Made by a program: the position numbers and the translations under genes
The notes under the pieces: generated by a model
Database searches by the model: none
The model's input: the letters and a program-made list of their open reading frames with translations, nothing else
Told to the model about the DNA's origin: nothing
Shown: in pieces, positions 1-9,747 of the stretch
How the letters are laid out: every line of letters begins with the position of its first letter
How positions within the stretch are numbered: the stretch's first letter is position 1
From: an uncultured virus (IMG/VR IMGVR_UViG_3300046786_000447)
Lineage: Duplodnaviria; Heunggongvirae; Uroviricota; Caudoviricetes
DNA length: 64,000 bases
Reading direction: 5' to 3' (one strand)
Virus record (IMG/VR): IMGVR_UViG_3300046786_000447

Positions 1-169
1 CGACAGTATTTGGTGTGTTCTCAGGGGTTGCTGTACCACCAATGAGATCAACGATGTAGTCTTGGTCTTCTTGCTTCTTAGTTAGAACGTCATAGTTATT
101 GACGGTAGCTGTAGCACCTTCAACAACGAGACCACTTTTAACCTTAAAGTCTTTAGTGACTGTTGCCAT
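1..169 (-). CDS. virion/tail protein, N-terminal part (runs off window)
   Basis: ATG at 169 preceded by GAGGAG; reads MATVTKDFKVKSGLVVEGATATV; lies in structural cluster. Confidence 0.6.
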   Translation of the reverse strand, partial: MATVTKDFKVKSGLVVEGATATVNNYDVLTKKQEDQDYIVDLIGGTATPENTPNTV

Positions 170-187
170 GTTGTTATCTCCTCGTTA

Positions 188-634
188 TTACGCCTTAAGT
201 CCCATACGTGCAAAACGTACGGTGACAGGTCGAATTATTGCATCTGGTGTAACAATCAAACTGACTGTATCTCCAGAGCGAGAGACGCTAACGGTGCCCA
301 TATTCCCATCATTGTCAATTGTTCCGTATTCTGTTACGCTAATGTTATCTGCGTCACAAAGAACGGTCAACTCTGTTGCATAGAACTTATTATCTCCAGA
401 AGTAATCTTTGAGATTGAAACGATATACTTGATCATTCTCCATTGAGTTGCATCAAAAGTATCAACAATAGTTGAGCTTTCAATGCCAGTGATTGTATTC
501 TCGTTATTACCAAAAGTGCCAAGATCTGTAGCCTGAGCAGTTGAGGTATCGATTAAAGCTGCGTAGTCACCCTGAGTTGGACGGTCTCCAGTCTCAAAAA
601 GTGTTTTTACGTTAGGGATTGTAGTTCTAGCCAT
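188..634 (-). CDS. putative virion structural protein
   Basis: 148 aa beta-rich ORF in tail cluster; leaderless start 6 nt after TATAAT. Confidence 0.6.
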   Translation of the reverse strand: MARTTIPNVKTLFETGDRPTQGDYAALIDTSTAQATDLGTFGNNENTITGIESSTIVDTFDATQWRMIKYIVSISKITSGDNKFYATELTVLCDADNISVTEYGTIDNDGNMGTVSVSRSGDTVSLIVTPDAIIRPVTVRFARMGLKA

Positions 635-663
635 GATTATATTATACAGGATATTTATATATT

Positions 664-930
664 TTAGAGAATATAATTGCTGTAGCCAATGATAGCAATA
701 CCTACTGATGCTGGATTTGTTCTATCATATCCCTCAAGGCCAATACCACTAAATCTTATCCTAAAAGGTAGGTGTTCGATTACATCTACTCTTGACACAT
801 ATTTTACATTATAAAAATTTCTATAGCCTTCTGGCGGAAATACATTTTGAACCTCGGCAATGGGGTTCTTAGTAGATACTCCCCAGAGGTTTGGATTCTT
901 TAGATTATTCTTTATTAATACAAAAGCCAT
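664..930 (-). CDS. hypothetical protein
   Basis: 88 aa ORF coupled to upstream gene (TAATG). Confidence 0.6.
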   Translation of the reverse strand: MAFVLIKNNLKNPNLWGVSTKNPIAEVQNVFPPEGYRNFYNVKYVSRVDVIEHLPFRIRFSGIGLEGYDRTNPASVGIAIIGYSNYIL

Positions 931-1331
931 TATCGATCAGTTACCTCTGAGATTACAGTCATAATTCCACGGCATACCGTCCAAACTACGACAGCATCTG
1001 AGAGCTGAACGTCAAAAATATCGCCACTCTGCAGTTGCTTACATTGTGCAGGAGTTATGCTTACTGTGAATTCACCAGCATTATCGAATTCTGTTTTTTG
1101 TGGGGTTATAGAAAATAGCAATTCTGTTCCACGTCTAAAGTCTGCCTTGATTTGATAGTCTTCTGGAGTAATTGGGTTTCCAGAGTCATCTTCTACATAA
1201 GATCTAAATGCTGCGTAGTCACCCTTGACAACAGTCCACCTAATAACTGGTGGGGTAGCTCCTACCTCAACTTCACCTGCAGCATTGACTGCCTGAGTTG
1301 ATGTAGTAGTTGTTGTACGTAAAATTGCCAT
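930..1331 (-). CDS. tail adaptor-like protein (BppU N-terminal-like), paralog of 4228-4587 and 5468-5857
   Basis: shared VxGD...[FY]DV[QE]...TV..G.[IM]T[VI] pattern in three ORFs. Confidence 0.55.
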   Translation of the reverse strand: MAILRTTTTTSTQAVNAAGEVEVGATPPVIRWTVVKGDYAAFRSYVEDDSGNPITPEDYQIKADFRRGTELLFSITPQKTEFDNAGEFTVSITPAQCKQLQSGDIFDVQLSDAVVVWTVCRGIMTVISEVTDR

Positions 1332-1349
1332 AATTAATTATACCCCTTG

Positions 1350-1868
1350 TTATGAAAGACCAGCTTTTAGTGAACCCCAGGTGCCATTGCCCTTAGCTTC
1401 AACAATAATTACACCTGCAGAAGAATGCTTAACTGCTACCACTCCAACAGCTGCTGCTCCACCAGATGGCTGAGTTATTGTCAACCCTCCAGTTTCTCCA
1501 ACATATAGTACGCTTCCTACATCACCAAGACCAGATGTATTTACATTGTCAAGGATGCCTGCCACAACAACAATACCATTAGCATTATTTGCAATATCCT
1601 GCTTGGCCAAACCAAGAATTGGCTTGTTTGCAGGAAGTGCCTTTGCAATAGTTGTCTGACCATTATCAGAAGCAACAGCATACACTGGAGTTCCAGCTGA
1701 AATAGTTGATCCGCTAGCATTTAATACTGGAATTTGAAAGTTTGAGACACCAAGTGGTGGCAATACTTCTTCAAGCTTGGAAACAAGCCTGTAAATGTCT
1801 CCATGCACATTGACTGGGTCAGTTGCTTCTGGATATGGAAGATTTAGTCCATTTGGAAGGGTAGCCAT
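1350..1868 (-). CDS. putative virion structural protein
   Basis: 172 aa Gly/Ala/Val-rich; N-terminal LPYP motif typical of actinophage minor tail proteins. Confidence 0.55.
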   Translation of the reverse strand: MATLPNGLNLPYPEATDPVNVHGDIYRLVSKLEEVLPPLGVSNFQIPVLNASGSTISAGTPVYAVASDNGQTTIAKALPANKPILGLAKQDIANNANGIVVVAGILDNVNTSGLGDVGSVLYVGETGGLTITQPSGGAAAVGVVAVKHSSAGVIIVEAKGNGTWGSLKAGLS

Positions 1869-1892
1869 AGTTTTATTATATCAGATTATTAG

Positions 1893-2396
1893 TTATCTGA
1901 AGCTAAATACGCTGAATGGGGTAAAGCTAAATACTGTAAAGAATCCAAATACTGAGAATGGGGTAAAGCTGAAAACAAAGAATGAGAAGTTAAAAACTGT
2001 AAATGGAGTAAAATTAAACACACCAAAGAAATTAAACACTGTAAAAGGCGTAAAGTTGAATACACCGAATGGTGTAAAGTTAAAAACACCGAATGGTGTA
2101 AAGTTAAACACGCCGAAAAAGCTAAATACAGAAAAGGCAGTAAAATTAAAAACTCCATAAGTTAGGTCAATGGATGATTCATATGGTGCAGATTGTCCAG
2201 CTATTGGAACCTGAGATACAATCTTTCCATTTTTAGATTCATCAGCAGCATCTGTGTATTGCTGAGCTGTTTCTGTTCCAAGGATAAAGCCATCTGTAAC
2301 TATTTGAGATTCGGCAGTGGACTTAGTCATACCGACATAATCGGTAACAACTTTCATCCCCTTAGAAGATGCCCACAACCCAAATGAACCTAGCAT
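1893..2396 (-). CDS. PASTA-like domain protein with C-terminal Phe-rich repeat (F[NS]FTPF[GST]V)n
   Basis: VTDYVGMTKSTAESQI...GKIVSQVPIAG resembles PASTA; about 12 degenerate repeat units follow. Confidence 0.65.
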   Translation of the reverse strand: MLGSFGLWASSKGMKVVTDYVGMTKSTAESQIVTDGFILGTETAQQYTDAADESKNGKIVSQVPIAGQSAPYESSIDLTYGVFNFTAFSVFSFFGVFNFTPFGVFNFTPFGVFNFTPFTVFNFFGVFNFTPFTVFNFSFFVFSFTPFSVFGFFTVFSFTPFSVFSFR

Positions 2397-2404
2397 CTAT
2401 TATC

Positions 2405-3052
2405 CTAAGCCGTCAGGTCACCAATAAGTAGCCAGGTATTTGTATCCATCTTTGTAAGAACTGCACCTGAGTGCTGAGCAGCAATCTTCTTATTGCCGTT
2501 CTTGCTGTTTATGGTAACTCCACCTGCTGCAGATACAGAAACGGTACCAGTTCCAGATCTTATAATTTCAATCTTTTGTCCAATCTTAAATGCTGTAGTA
2601 GCATTAGTTGGAACTGTAATAGTTATGTTGTTTGAAGAAGAAACATTGAGAGTTGTTCCTGCATCATCCAAAGTAATTTGATAATTATTATCTGTTGGAT
2701 TAATAATTGCTGAAAGCATAATGTGGTCTCCAGATGATCTCCATCTTGATCCATCATAAATTTGAATGTCGTTAATCTGAGTGCCTGCAGAATTTTGCTG
2801 AACAAAAGCTACAAGTCCTGCAACTGGTGCAGTAATAGCTGCATCACGTGCAGTAGGATTTAGAAAATTATTAATACCAGCTTTTGACTTTACAACAGTT
2901 TCAAAAGTTACTGAGGCTGTTGACTCAAAGTTATGGTCTCCAGTCCATGAATAGTCTGCTGATGTACTAGCAGCACCTGCGATTGGATACCACTTGTCGG
3001 TTGCTTCGTCATATACGTAAGCTACTTTTGAAATATTACTTTTAGTTGCCAT
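2405..3052 (-). CDS. tail fiber-like protein
   Basis: C-terminal ITVPTNATTAFKIGQKI...NTWLLIGDL typical of phage fiber domains. Confidence 0.65.
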   Translation of the reverse strand: MATKSNISKVAYVYDEATDKWYPIAGAASTSADYSWTGDHNFESTASVTFETVVKSKAGINNFLNPTARDAAITAPVAGLVAFVQQNSAGTQINDIQIYDGSRWRSSGDHIMLSAIINPTDNNYQITLDDAGTTLNVSSSNNITITVPTNATTAFKIGQKIEIIRSGTGTVSVSAAGGVTINSKNGNKKIAAQHSGAVLTKMDTNTWLLIGDLTA

Positions 3053-3154
3053 CTGAAGTTATCCCCAATGCTCTCAATTCAGCTTCTGTTAGCCCCAATG
3101 CAACAAGCTTTGCAATTGCTGAGTCTTTTAGCTGTTGTTCTGTTGTCTTAGCCA

Positions 3155-3619
3155 TTATGCACCTATTTGTCTCCATGATGCAGCTGTTGCATCATAAACA
3201 TACATTGCTAGTGGAGAAGAATTCTTATCTACCCATAGTAGTCCATCTACCAAATCTGTAGAAGGTTGTGTATTCTGTAAGATTACGCCCTGAACTAGTG
3301 GCGTATTTGTTTGTGACTGATCTGAGTCTACCCAGATAAAACCATTAATTGGATTAGTTGGCTCTGTTGATTGTACAGATGCAAATCCTAGATCCTGTAG
3401 AAGTGCAATTTCATCCTTCATTACCTGAAGATGCTTTGCAAGGGATGATCCTGCAGTCTTAATTGCTGTTGCTGCATTTTCAGCAGTTGGGTCAAAATCT
3501 TTTGAACCATATAGGAAAACTTTGAGTGCAGCCTGAATGTCAGCTGTCTCATCATAACCTGGAACCTTGGTACTAAAAATACCAGTTCCATTTTGGGTTC
3601 CATCAATATATTGGCTCAT
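3155..3619 (-). CDS. minor tail protein
   Basis: two S/QPT...G.[IL]WVD motifs common in tail fiber proteins. Confidence 0.55.
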   Translation of the reverse strand: MSQYIDGTQNGTGIFSTKVPGYDETADIQAALKVFLYGSKDFDPTAENAATAIKTAGSSLAKHLQVMKDEIALLQDLGFASVQSTEPTNPINGFIWVDSDQSQTNTPLVQGVILQNTQPSTDLVDGLLWVDKNSSPLAMYVYDATAASWRQIGA

Positions 3620-3640
3620 AATACCTCACTATCCTTTAAA

Positions 3641-4228
3641 TTATATCACAGATATCTGGAAAAAGACCTTGTAGTCGCCTGAAAGATTGCTCCAGGTATT
3701 GTTTCCATTTCTCTTTGTCGCATGGACTGTTATTGGAATTGCAATAACGTTCTGAGAATCAGTTTGAACATCGGCAACAGAGATTGCAGCAGCTACTGGA
3801 GAGTCATTTACGACAGTTGCCAGCACTGCATAACTTGAAGAAAGCAAAGAGGATGCTCTCTGGGTGCTTCCAACAACAGATACTGCTGGAATGTAGGTTA
3901 CAGCTTCACCATCAACAAATGTTAATGTTCTGGCTGCGGTGTAGATATCTGGAACAAGCTTAAAAAGGGATACCCAATTCATGCCAGAAGGAGTATTGAT
4001 ATATTGATAGACATACTGATATTCTGAGTCATTTGAATTTAGATTCACATACATATCGTATGCTTTAGCACTTTCTGGCAGGGTAACTTCAGTAGGCTTT
4101 CCATTTCCATACAAGAAGTAGCTACCACGATCACCCTTTAGACCATAATCGACAGCAACATTGATTGATGATGCTCCCCCAATTACAGAAACGTCAGTAG
4201 AAGCTATTGTTGTATAGATATCAGCCAT
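3641..4228 (-). CDS. putative virion structural protein
   Basis: 195 aa ORF in tail operon. Confidence 0.55.
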   Translation of the reverse strand: MADIYTTIASTDVSVIGGASSINVAVDYGLKGDRGSYFLYGNGKPTEVTLPESAKAYDMYVNLNSNDSEYQYVYQYINTPSGMNWVSLFKLVPDIYTAARTLTFVDGEAVTYIPAVSVVGSTQRASSLLSSSYAVLATVVNDSPVAAAISVADVQTDSQNVIAIPITVHATKRNGNNTWSNLSGDYKVFFQISVI

Positions 4229-4587
4229 TACAGAGCTCCTGTAACCTGATCAGTGATTGTAATAGTTCCAGTAAGCAAGGTATGAACAATGCTTCCAGTA
4301 TTATTCTTAATCTCAACATCGTATACATACTGAATATCTGCGTCAAGCTGTGAACCAAGTCCTGGTGTAATCTGACATAATATGTAATTTGGAGATGAAG
4401 AAGTAACGATTGACGAGTTAGCTAAAAATTGTGTAGCACCATTACCACGGCTATCAGCAATTGTAAATTTGACAGATGTAAAATCTGTTAGTGGAAATGC
4501 TGCACCACTATTGTCTTTTGGATAAATCTTAAAATCAAGAGAATCTCCCTTGTAGTAAGAAATGTCGAATGTTCCTGGATATGCCAT
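4228..4587 (-). CDS. tail adaptor-like protein (BppU N-terminal-like)
   Basis: YKGDS...YVYDVEI...TLLTGTITIT pattern. Confidence 0.55.
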   Translation of the reverse strand: MAYPGTFDISYYKGDSLDFKIYPKDNSGAAFPLTDFTSVKFTIADSRGNGATQFLANSSIVTSSSPNYILCQITPGLGSQLDADIQYVYDVEIKNNTGSIVHTLLTGTITITDQVTGAL

Positions 4588-5471
4588 TATACTGCCCTCT
4601 CGTAAGTTCCGCTAACGTAGAAGAAATCTGATGTAGACAAAACCTTTGGAGAGTTATAATCCATATCATATTCTTGATTTCCTGCACCGTACATTAGGTC
4701 TGCAGTTGTTGAGTTTGCATCTGCATCTAGGTACATGTTGTAATGGTTTCCATTTGAATGAATACCACCATCTCTAAAAATGTAATCTCCTGCTGGTGCA
4801 AATGGAAGTGTAACAGTGTATGCTCCAGATCCAAAACTTTGAACATTTGTAAGTGTAAATTTAATTCTAAAGTGAACCAGGTCCCCGACAAGGATGTAGT
4901 GACCAGTTACAGTGTTTGCACCATAGACCAATCCTGTGCCAGACCATACTGGTGTCCAAGTACCTTTTGTTGGAGTACCGTCAGCACCTGCTTCTCCTGT
5001 ATCACCCTTTGGACCCTGGATACCCTGAATACCTTGTGATCCAGTATCACCTTTGTCACCTTTATCGCCCTTTAGGCCCTGTATTCCTTGGATACCCTGA
5101 ATTCCTTGGATTCCCTGATTTCCAGTATCCCCCTTATCTCCCTTTGCACCAGTTGGTCCAACTAGAGATGCAAGCCATTGTGACTCTGATCCTGTAAATC
5201 CATTTGCAAGTGCTAGCTGATATGCAGAAGCACCTGTCATTCCTGTATCGCCGTCTGCACCTGCTGTACCTTGCTGGCCACGTGGTCCAACCAAAGAAGC
5301 AAGCCATTGTGCCTCAGTTCCGTTAAATCCGTTTCCTACTGCAATTTGATATGCGGATGCACCGCTTAGTCCGTTGTCTCCAGTATCGCCCTTTGGGCCT
5401 ACCTGTCCACGAGGTCCCGTTGCACCAGGTACACCTGGCATTGGGACAATCTTAATTATTGGGTTTGTCAT
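4587..5471 (-). CDS. collagen-like tail fiber protein
   Basis: Gly-X-Y runs plus two GASAYQ[IL]A..NGF.G[TS]E.QWLASLVG repeats. Confidence 0.85.
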   Translation of the reverse strand: MTNPIIKIVPMPGVPGATGPRGQVGPKGDTGDNGLSGASAYQIAVGNGFNGTEAQWLASLVGPRGQQGTAGADGDTGMTGASAYQLALANGFTGSESQWLASLVGPTGAKGDKGDTGNQGIQGIQGIQGIQGLKGDKGDKGDTGSQGIQGIQGPKGDTGEAGADGTPTKGTWTPVWSGTGLVYGANTVTGHYILVGDLVHFRIKFTLTNVQSFGSGAYTVTLPFAPAGDYIFRDGGIHSNGNHYNMYLDADANSTTADLMYGAGNQEYDMDYNSPKVLSTSDFFYVSGTYERAV

Positions 5472-5857
5472 AGAGTTCCTCCATAAGTGACATCACCTAG
5501 AATGATTATGCTTCCAACTACTGGAGTCCACACAGTTCCATCAATGGTTGTGATTTGGACATCAAACAGTAGTTCTCCAAGAACTGATCCGTATCCAGTA
5601 CCCCACAGCTTAGTAACGTCTGCTGGTGCTGTGATGTCAACATATCCATTGCCTAGATCGGCAATAAGCTCGTCAACAGTGTCTAGCTTTGGGTCATAAG
5701 CACTTGCTACGACTGACCAACCATCTGTTGAGAAAGGTGTCTTTTCGTCTGGGTTGTAGAATTCTACACGCATGTTGGCAGTATCGCCACGTACAACCTG
5801 CCATTTGATAATGACTGGGTCTGCACCAAAGGTTGAGGGTCCGCAAGGTAATGTCAT
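5468..5857 (-). CDS. tail adaptor-like protein
   Basis: VVRGDT...LFDVQI...WTPVVGSI; start moved to ATG 5857, downstream of TATAAT. Confidence 0.55.
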   Translation of the reverse strand: MTLPCGPSTFGADPVIIKWQVVRGDTANMRVEFYNPDEKTPFSTDGWSVVASAYDPKLDTVDELIADLGNGYVDITAPADVTKLWGTGYGSVLGELLFDVQITTIDGTVWTPVVGSIIILGDVTYGGTL

Positions 5858-5902
5858 AGTAACTCCATTATACAGCAATGTAAGCCAAAATATGTAGAAA
5901 TG

Positions 5903-5951
5903 GACCAACACCCAGAAAGGTGGGTATGAGAGACAGTCCTGGGTGCTGGCC
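5903..5951 (-). ncRNA. candidate small hairpin RNA with anti-RBS loop
   Basis: 13-bp stem whose G-U pairs form only on minus strand; TGGTATACT promoter directly upstream; loop contains CAUACCCACCUUU. Confidence 0.45.
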
Positions 5952-6141
5952 TTAATAAGTATACCATATTAGGATAAAATAGACATTTTAAAAAAGAGTT
6001 ATCAAATCGTTATAAAGATTTTCTCATTTTAAGCCTCACAGATACGAACTCTCTGCTATAATTGTTATATATTAAATATTAAATAATATCTCTAAGTAGA
6101 ATATATCTTATATCTTATATATATTATATATATATTATATA

Positions 6142-6408
6142 TTACTTGTCTTTACTAGCTATATATGTAATTAGCAAATCATAAACACGATCAAGCTTTT
6201 TATCCATGCTTCTTCTCATAGCATCTGCTTCGTTAACACGTGCCTCAAGCATATTGACTTTATCTTTTAAACTTCCGCCACCATTCGGTTTGAGTTCTGC
6301 GAAATAATGCTTTACGAGCCATCTGACTCCTGCTGCAGTAAGCGACAAAATAGTAGCTGCGGAAATAATAATTCCCATGATCATTTGAGCGGAGTTAAGA
6401 GAATTCAT
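6142..6408 (-). CDS. membrane protein (holin-like)
   Basis: single N-terminal TM helix plus coiled coil. Confidence 0.5.
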   Translation of the reverse strand: MNSLNSAQMIMGIIISAATILSLTAAGVRWLVKHYFAELKPNGGGSLKDKVNMLEARVNEADAMRRSMDKKLDRVYDLLITYIASKDK

Positions 6409-6439
6409 AATAACATAATTATACTTGAGTTTTTAACAG

Positions 6440-6460
6440 TTATCCACAGTTTGTGTATAA
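6440..6460. promoter_or_regulatory. inverted pair of DnaA boxes
   Basis: TTATCCACA at 6440 and TGTGTATAA at 6452. Confidence 0.6.
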
Positions 6461-6592
6461 AAGCGAAGCGGAGAATACGTTTTTAAGCAACGGGGTAAAG
6501 TTCGCCGTATAAGTAGTTCCAACCCCAAATAAGCAAAAAGCCCACTCTAAAAGAGTGAGCAGTTGCTAATCTAAGGGGATTTATCTTCGATA

Positions 6593-7279
6593 TTACTTCT
6601 TGATACCGAATGTAAATGAAGGATCTACCAATTCTAGGTTTACGACAAAATCTTCTACCTGATTGATATTTGTAAGATCTGAGAAGTTTGCATTTAGATA
6701 ATCTGCAGCATCATTCTTCTGAAGTCTTGAGTGAAGAGTAGCAATAAGTCCACCCTTCTTAAGATTCTTAACTGCTGAATCTACAAATTCCTTGTACTTG
6801 TCAAATCCCTTGTAACCACCAAAGATGACGTGATCTGGTGCATTCTCCCATGCATGTGAGATAGGAAGATTCTTGATAACGTCTGGAAGGTATGGAGGGC
6901 AAACCAGAATAGCATCAAACTTTGTGCTGACATCTAGTGAAGTGACATCTGCATTAACTGCAGTAAATGTTACATCCTGTGACTGTGCATTTGGAGTAAT
7001 GAAAGAGTATGACTCTGCGTCATTTTCGTAAGCAGTAACTGTAGCTGTTGGATACATGTGCTTGAGGGCAATAGGAACAAATCCTGCTCCAGCACCAAAT
7101 ACAGCAATGTTCTTGCCGTTGAGGTCGATATCATTATCTGTTACATAAGTATGAAGAGCAGCTGCAATATAAACTGTAGCTGAAATTGGTGGGAAGACAT
7201 TGTCATTAGCGTATAGCGTAATGCTGTTTCCTTCAGTAACTTGCTTAGTTACGGTATAGTGATTATCTGGAAGGGCCAT
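6593..7279 (-). CDS. HemK/PrmC-like SAM-dependent methyltransferase
   Basis: FGAGAG motif I; FDAILVCPPY (NPPY variant); GGxxG. Confidence 0.7.
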   Translation of the reverse strand: MALPDNHYTVTKQVTEGNSITLYANDNVFPPISATVYIAAALHTYVTDNDIDLNGKNIAVFGAGAGFVPIALKHMYPTATVTAYENDAESYSFITPNAQSQDVTFTAVNADVTSLDVSTKFDAILVCPPYLPDVIKNLPISHAWENAPDHVIFGGYKGFDKYKEFVDSAVKNLKKGGLIATLHSRLQKNDAADYLNANFSDLTNINQVEDFVVNLELVDPSFTFGIKK

Positions 7280-7317
7280 GAAATTATTATATCAGATATT
7301 TATGATAAAATGAGTAA

Positions 7318-7527
7318 ATGGAAAACCAGGGTAAAGACGTAACACCACTAGATCTATTTAATCCAAAGGCCCCTAGGAGCGATACAGAGCTTAAGGAGCA
7401 TAGAATGGATATATGTAGAGGCTGTGAGCATTTCAGAGAAAGATCGGAAAGATGCATGAAGTGTGGTTGTTTTATGCAACTCAAAAGCACCTTGCTTATG
7501 GCTAAGTGTCCTATTGGGAAATGGTGA
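7318..7527 (+). CDS. small Cys-rich protein
   Basis: CxxC, CxxCGC and CP.GKW motifs; leaderless start. Confidence 0.7.
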   Translation: MENQGKDVTPLDLFNPKAPRSDTELKEHRMDICRGCEHFRERSERCMKCGCFMQLKSTLLMAKCPIGKW

Positions 7528-7630
7528 CTTTGAGTCAAGACGAGCTGTGCTCGTTGTATACCGTCCAAATTTGACAAATCCTGAAGTTGTGCTATCATTA
7601 TATTAACCTAATTAGGAAAAGGAGACAGTT

Positions 7631-7825
7631 ATGCTAATGCGTCAAGAAGTCGTAGATCTTATGACTAACGCCATTGAGAACATGAATCGTCAAATGGCTG
7701 TTCAGCAGAATGCACCATCAGACCAAGTTGAAGAAGCTATTTCACAGCAAAAGCCTCAGCTAATGTATGTAAATGGATTGCTTTATGATCTACTAGTAGA
7801 AAATGGTGTTATTGTTAATCGTTAA
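7631..7825 (+). CDS. hypothetical protein
   Basis: AAGGAG RBS, 64 aa. Confidence 0.7.
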   Translation: MLMRQEVVDLMTNAIENMNRQMAVQQNAPSDQVEEAISQQKPQLMYVNGLLYDLLVENGVIVNR

Positions 7826-8207
7826 CAATACCCTTCAAAATTAGACCAGACTCGGTTTCGACTGTATCTGGTCTTTTTTTATGATCATTTTCTGACTTGC
7901 AAGAACAGTTCTCACAGCAAAAATCTGAAAATATTTTCATAGGCCAATTATCGTATTGGGGATATTCTTGATCGAAGTTGTTTGTCATGATTCTATTATA
8001 CCCTGGACAAAATCTGAAAAATTTCATTTTTAAGAAAATCTGAATATTTTTTAAACATGTACGATACACGATTTAGAATGAAAAAACCTGCAAAAATAGT
8101 GAGCACATTGTTATCAAAACGTTATCAAAACACCCCACTGGGTGCTTGAATTTGTCAGTGGGGGGTGCTATGCTATAAGCATAGAAAGTAAAAAGAAAGG
8201 ACATAAA

Positions 8208-8555
8208 ATGTCACTAGTAATAACAAAAGAAAACTTCGATGAAGTTCGTACCAATGGAATCGGTAACGGTTTCTCAGTAATAAATCCTGCTGATGGTTTC
8301 CGTAAGGATAACCGCCTATGGTTTGGTACTTGTTCAGTATGTAATGAATCAGTAACTAACTCTGCTGTATCAGGTAGAGGTTGGGAACACACTGTGTTTC
8401 TAATGAAGGGTTACTTCTCTAAGGATAACTACCTAAAGGGAATAACTAACCACGCTAGTAGTAAGCACGTTACTTACTGCCCTACTCAAAAGGGTGAATC
8501 TACCCCTTGCGAAATCTACTACATGGAAAATGGTGAAAAGGTTATCGTAGAATAA
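8208..8555 (+). CDS. early hypothetical protein
   Basis: AGAAAGGA RBS before ATG 8208. Confidence 0.7.
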   Translation: MSLVITKENFDEVRTNGIGNGFSVINPADGFRKDNRLWFGTCSVCNESVTNSAVSGRGWEHTVFLMKGYFSKDNYLKGITNHASSKHVTYCPTQKGESTPCEIYYMENGEKVIVE

Positions 8556-8765
8556 CCCACCATAACACGGCGTGTCAGCTTGACAAATGATCATAAAAGG
8601 GCTCGCCCCAATGTCCGATTTGTACCTTTTATCATGTGATATAAAACACCCTATAAATGTCCGTTTTGTCCGTGTCTAAACTTGACTTTTTGGGTTTTAT
8701 CTGCTAGTATTCTACTATAAACAATTAAATAAAGATAAATAAGGTAATGAGCCTAAGCAAATAAA

Positions 8766-8781
8766 TGTGACTAGTATCACA
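8766..8781. promoter_or_regulatory. CRP/GlxR-type site
   Basis: perfect TGTGA-N6-TCACA; near-match at 9859-9874. Confidence 0.6.
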
Positions 8782-8864
8782 GTGAGCCTTAGCAAATAAA
8801 GCCCCTATTTGTCAGACCCCTATGCTAGGATAGTCCTATCAGTTAATAAAGAAAGGTTGTCAAA

Positions 8865-9047
8865 ATGATAACACTAGAAAAAACAATAACATGCGAAAAG
8901 CATGTCCCTAATAAGTCTGCTAAGTCATTCCACAATGACACTTGCTACACATTCTGTGAATCATGTGAGCAGAATATCGAATCATGGTATATGGACTATG
9001 ATAGTGACCGACTATCTGGTTGGTCAGATTGGAAGGTATCTAACTAA
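8865..9047 (+). CDS. early hypothetical protein
   Basis: GAAAGG RBS, 60 aa. Confidence 0.65.
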   Translation: MITLEKTITCEKHVPNKSAKSFHNDTCYTFCESCEQNIESWYMDYDSDRLSGWSDWKVSN

Positions 9048-9223
9048 TGTATAAAGTAAAACTAGAATCGTTCAATGGTAATGTCTCTACAATTACCCTA
9101 CCTAATAAAGAGGCAGTAGAGTCTTTCATCTCTGCCTACCCTGAAAAATTGCCTACTGGTACAGCGATAAAGGTATCGTGTGACCTACTAGGTATCCGTG
9201 GCTCTATTGTAGGAAAGGCTTAA
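9047..9223 (+). CDS. early small hypothetical protein (58 aa, not in ORF track)
   Basis: TAATG coupling to previous gene; open frame. Confidence 0.6.
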   Translation: MYKVKLESFNGNVSTITLPNKEAVESFISAYPEKLPTGTAIKVSCDLLGIRGSIVGKA

Positions 9224-9226
9224 TAA

Positions 9227-9388
9227 ATGAAAACATGTAAAGTAATAAATTGCGAAAATACTAACCTAGTATATAGTGGCATAGATGCCCTTATGCTAGG
9301 GGGTATCCCTACTGAGACCTATTGCTACACCTGTGCAGCTGCCTATGCAGTAATAAGTGCAGATGTAGAAGAATTGCTAAATGTCTGA
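9227..9388 (+). CDS. early small hypothetical protein (53 aa)
   Basis: GAAAGG RBS; Cys pairs. Confidence 0.55.
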   Translation: MKTCKVINCENTNLVYSGIDALMLGGIPTETYCYTCAAAYAVISADVEELLNV

Positions 9389-9433
9389 CCCCTGTGTTAG
9401 AATAATGGCATAAAGAAAGAAAGGAAAACTAAA

Positions 9434-9580
9434 ATGTCAAAAGTAATCTGTGTGTTTTGTGAAAACATCTACTCTGAGGGCGTAATGGTCTGTCAGGAAT
9501 GTAATGAATACAAGGGGCTTATGCCGTTAGAACAGGCTAAGCAAACCTACGACTTTCTAAACCTAGAAGATGAGGAATAA
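9434..9580 (+). CDS. early small Zn-finger-like protein (48 aa)
   Basis: strong RBS; two CxxC motifs. Confidence 0.6.
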   Translation: MSKVICVFCENIYSEGVMVCQECNEYKGLMPLEQAKQTYDFLNLEDEE

Positions 9581-9733
9581 AATAAATGATTTTCTATAAC
9601 GGATTTAATTTGCTTGTTGATATCGTAATCGGTTTTCTAGTTTTTAAACTTGCGTATTCTAGTGGATACAATAAAGGTTTTAATGACTCAGAAGATTTGA
9701 ATGGTCCCCCGTTTTAACGGGATCCATTTTATC

Positions 9734-9747
9734 CGAACATCTGTTCG
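9734..9747. promoter_or_regulatory. LexA SOS box (Gram-positive/actinobacterial type)
   Basis: CGAAC-ATCT-GTTCG perfect palindrome in intergenic spacer. Confidence 0.65.

Noticed and set aside
1900..2160. 24-nt periodic repeats as a CRISPR array; ORFs 1795-2160(+) and 1889-2158(-)
   Set aside because: No unique spacers; variation is synonymous in the 1893-2396 frame; the other ORFs are shadows of the repeat
4990..5440. 9-nt tandem repeats as a non-coding repeat
   Set aside because: They encode collagen Gly-X-Y
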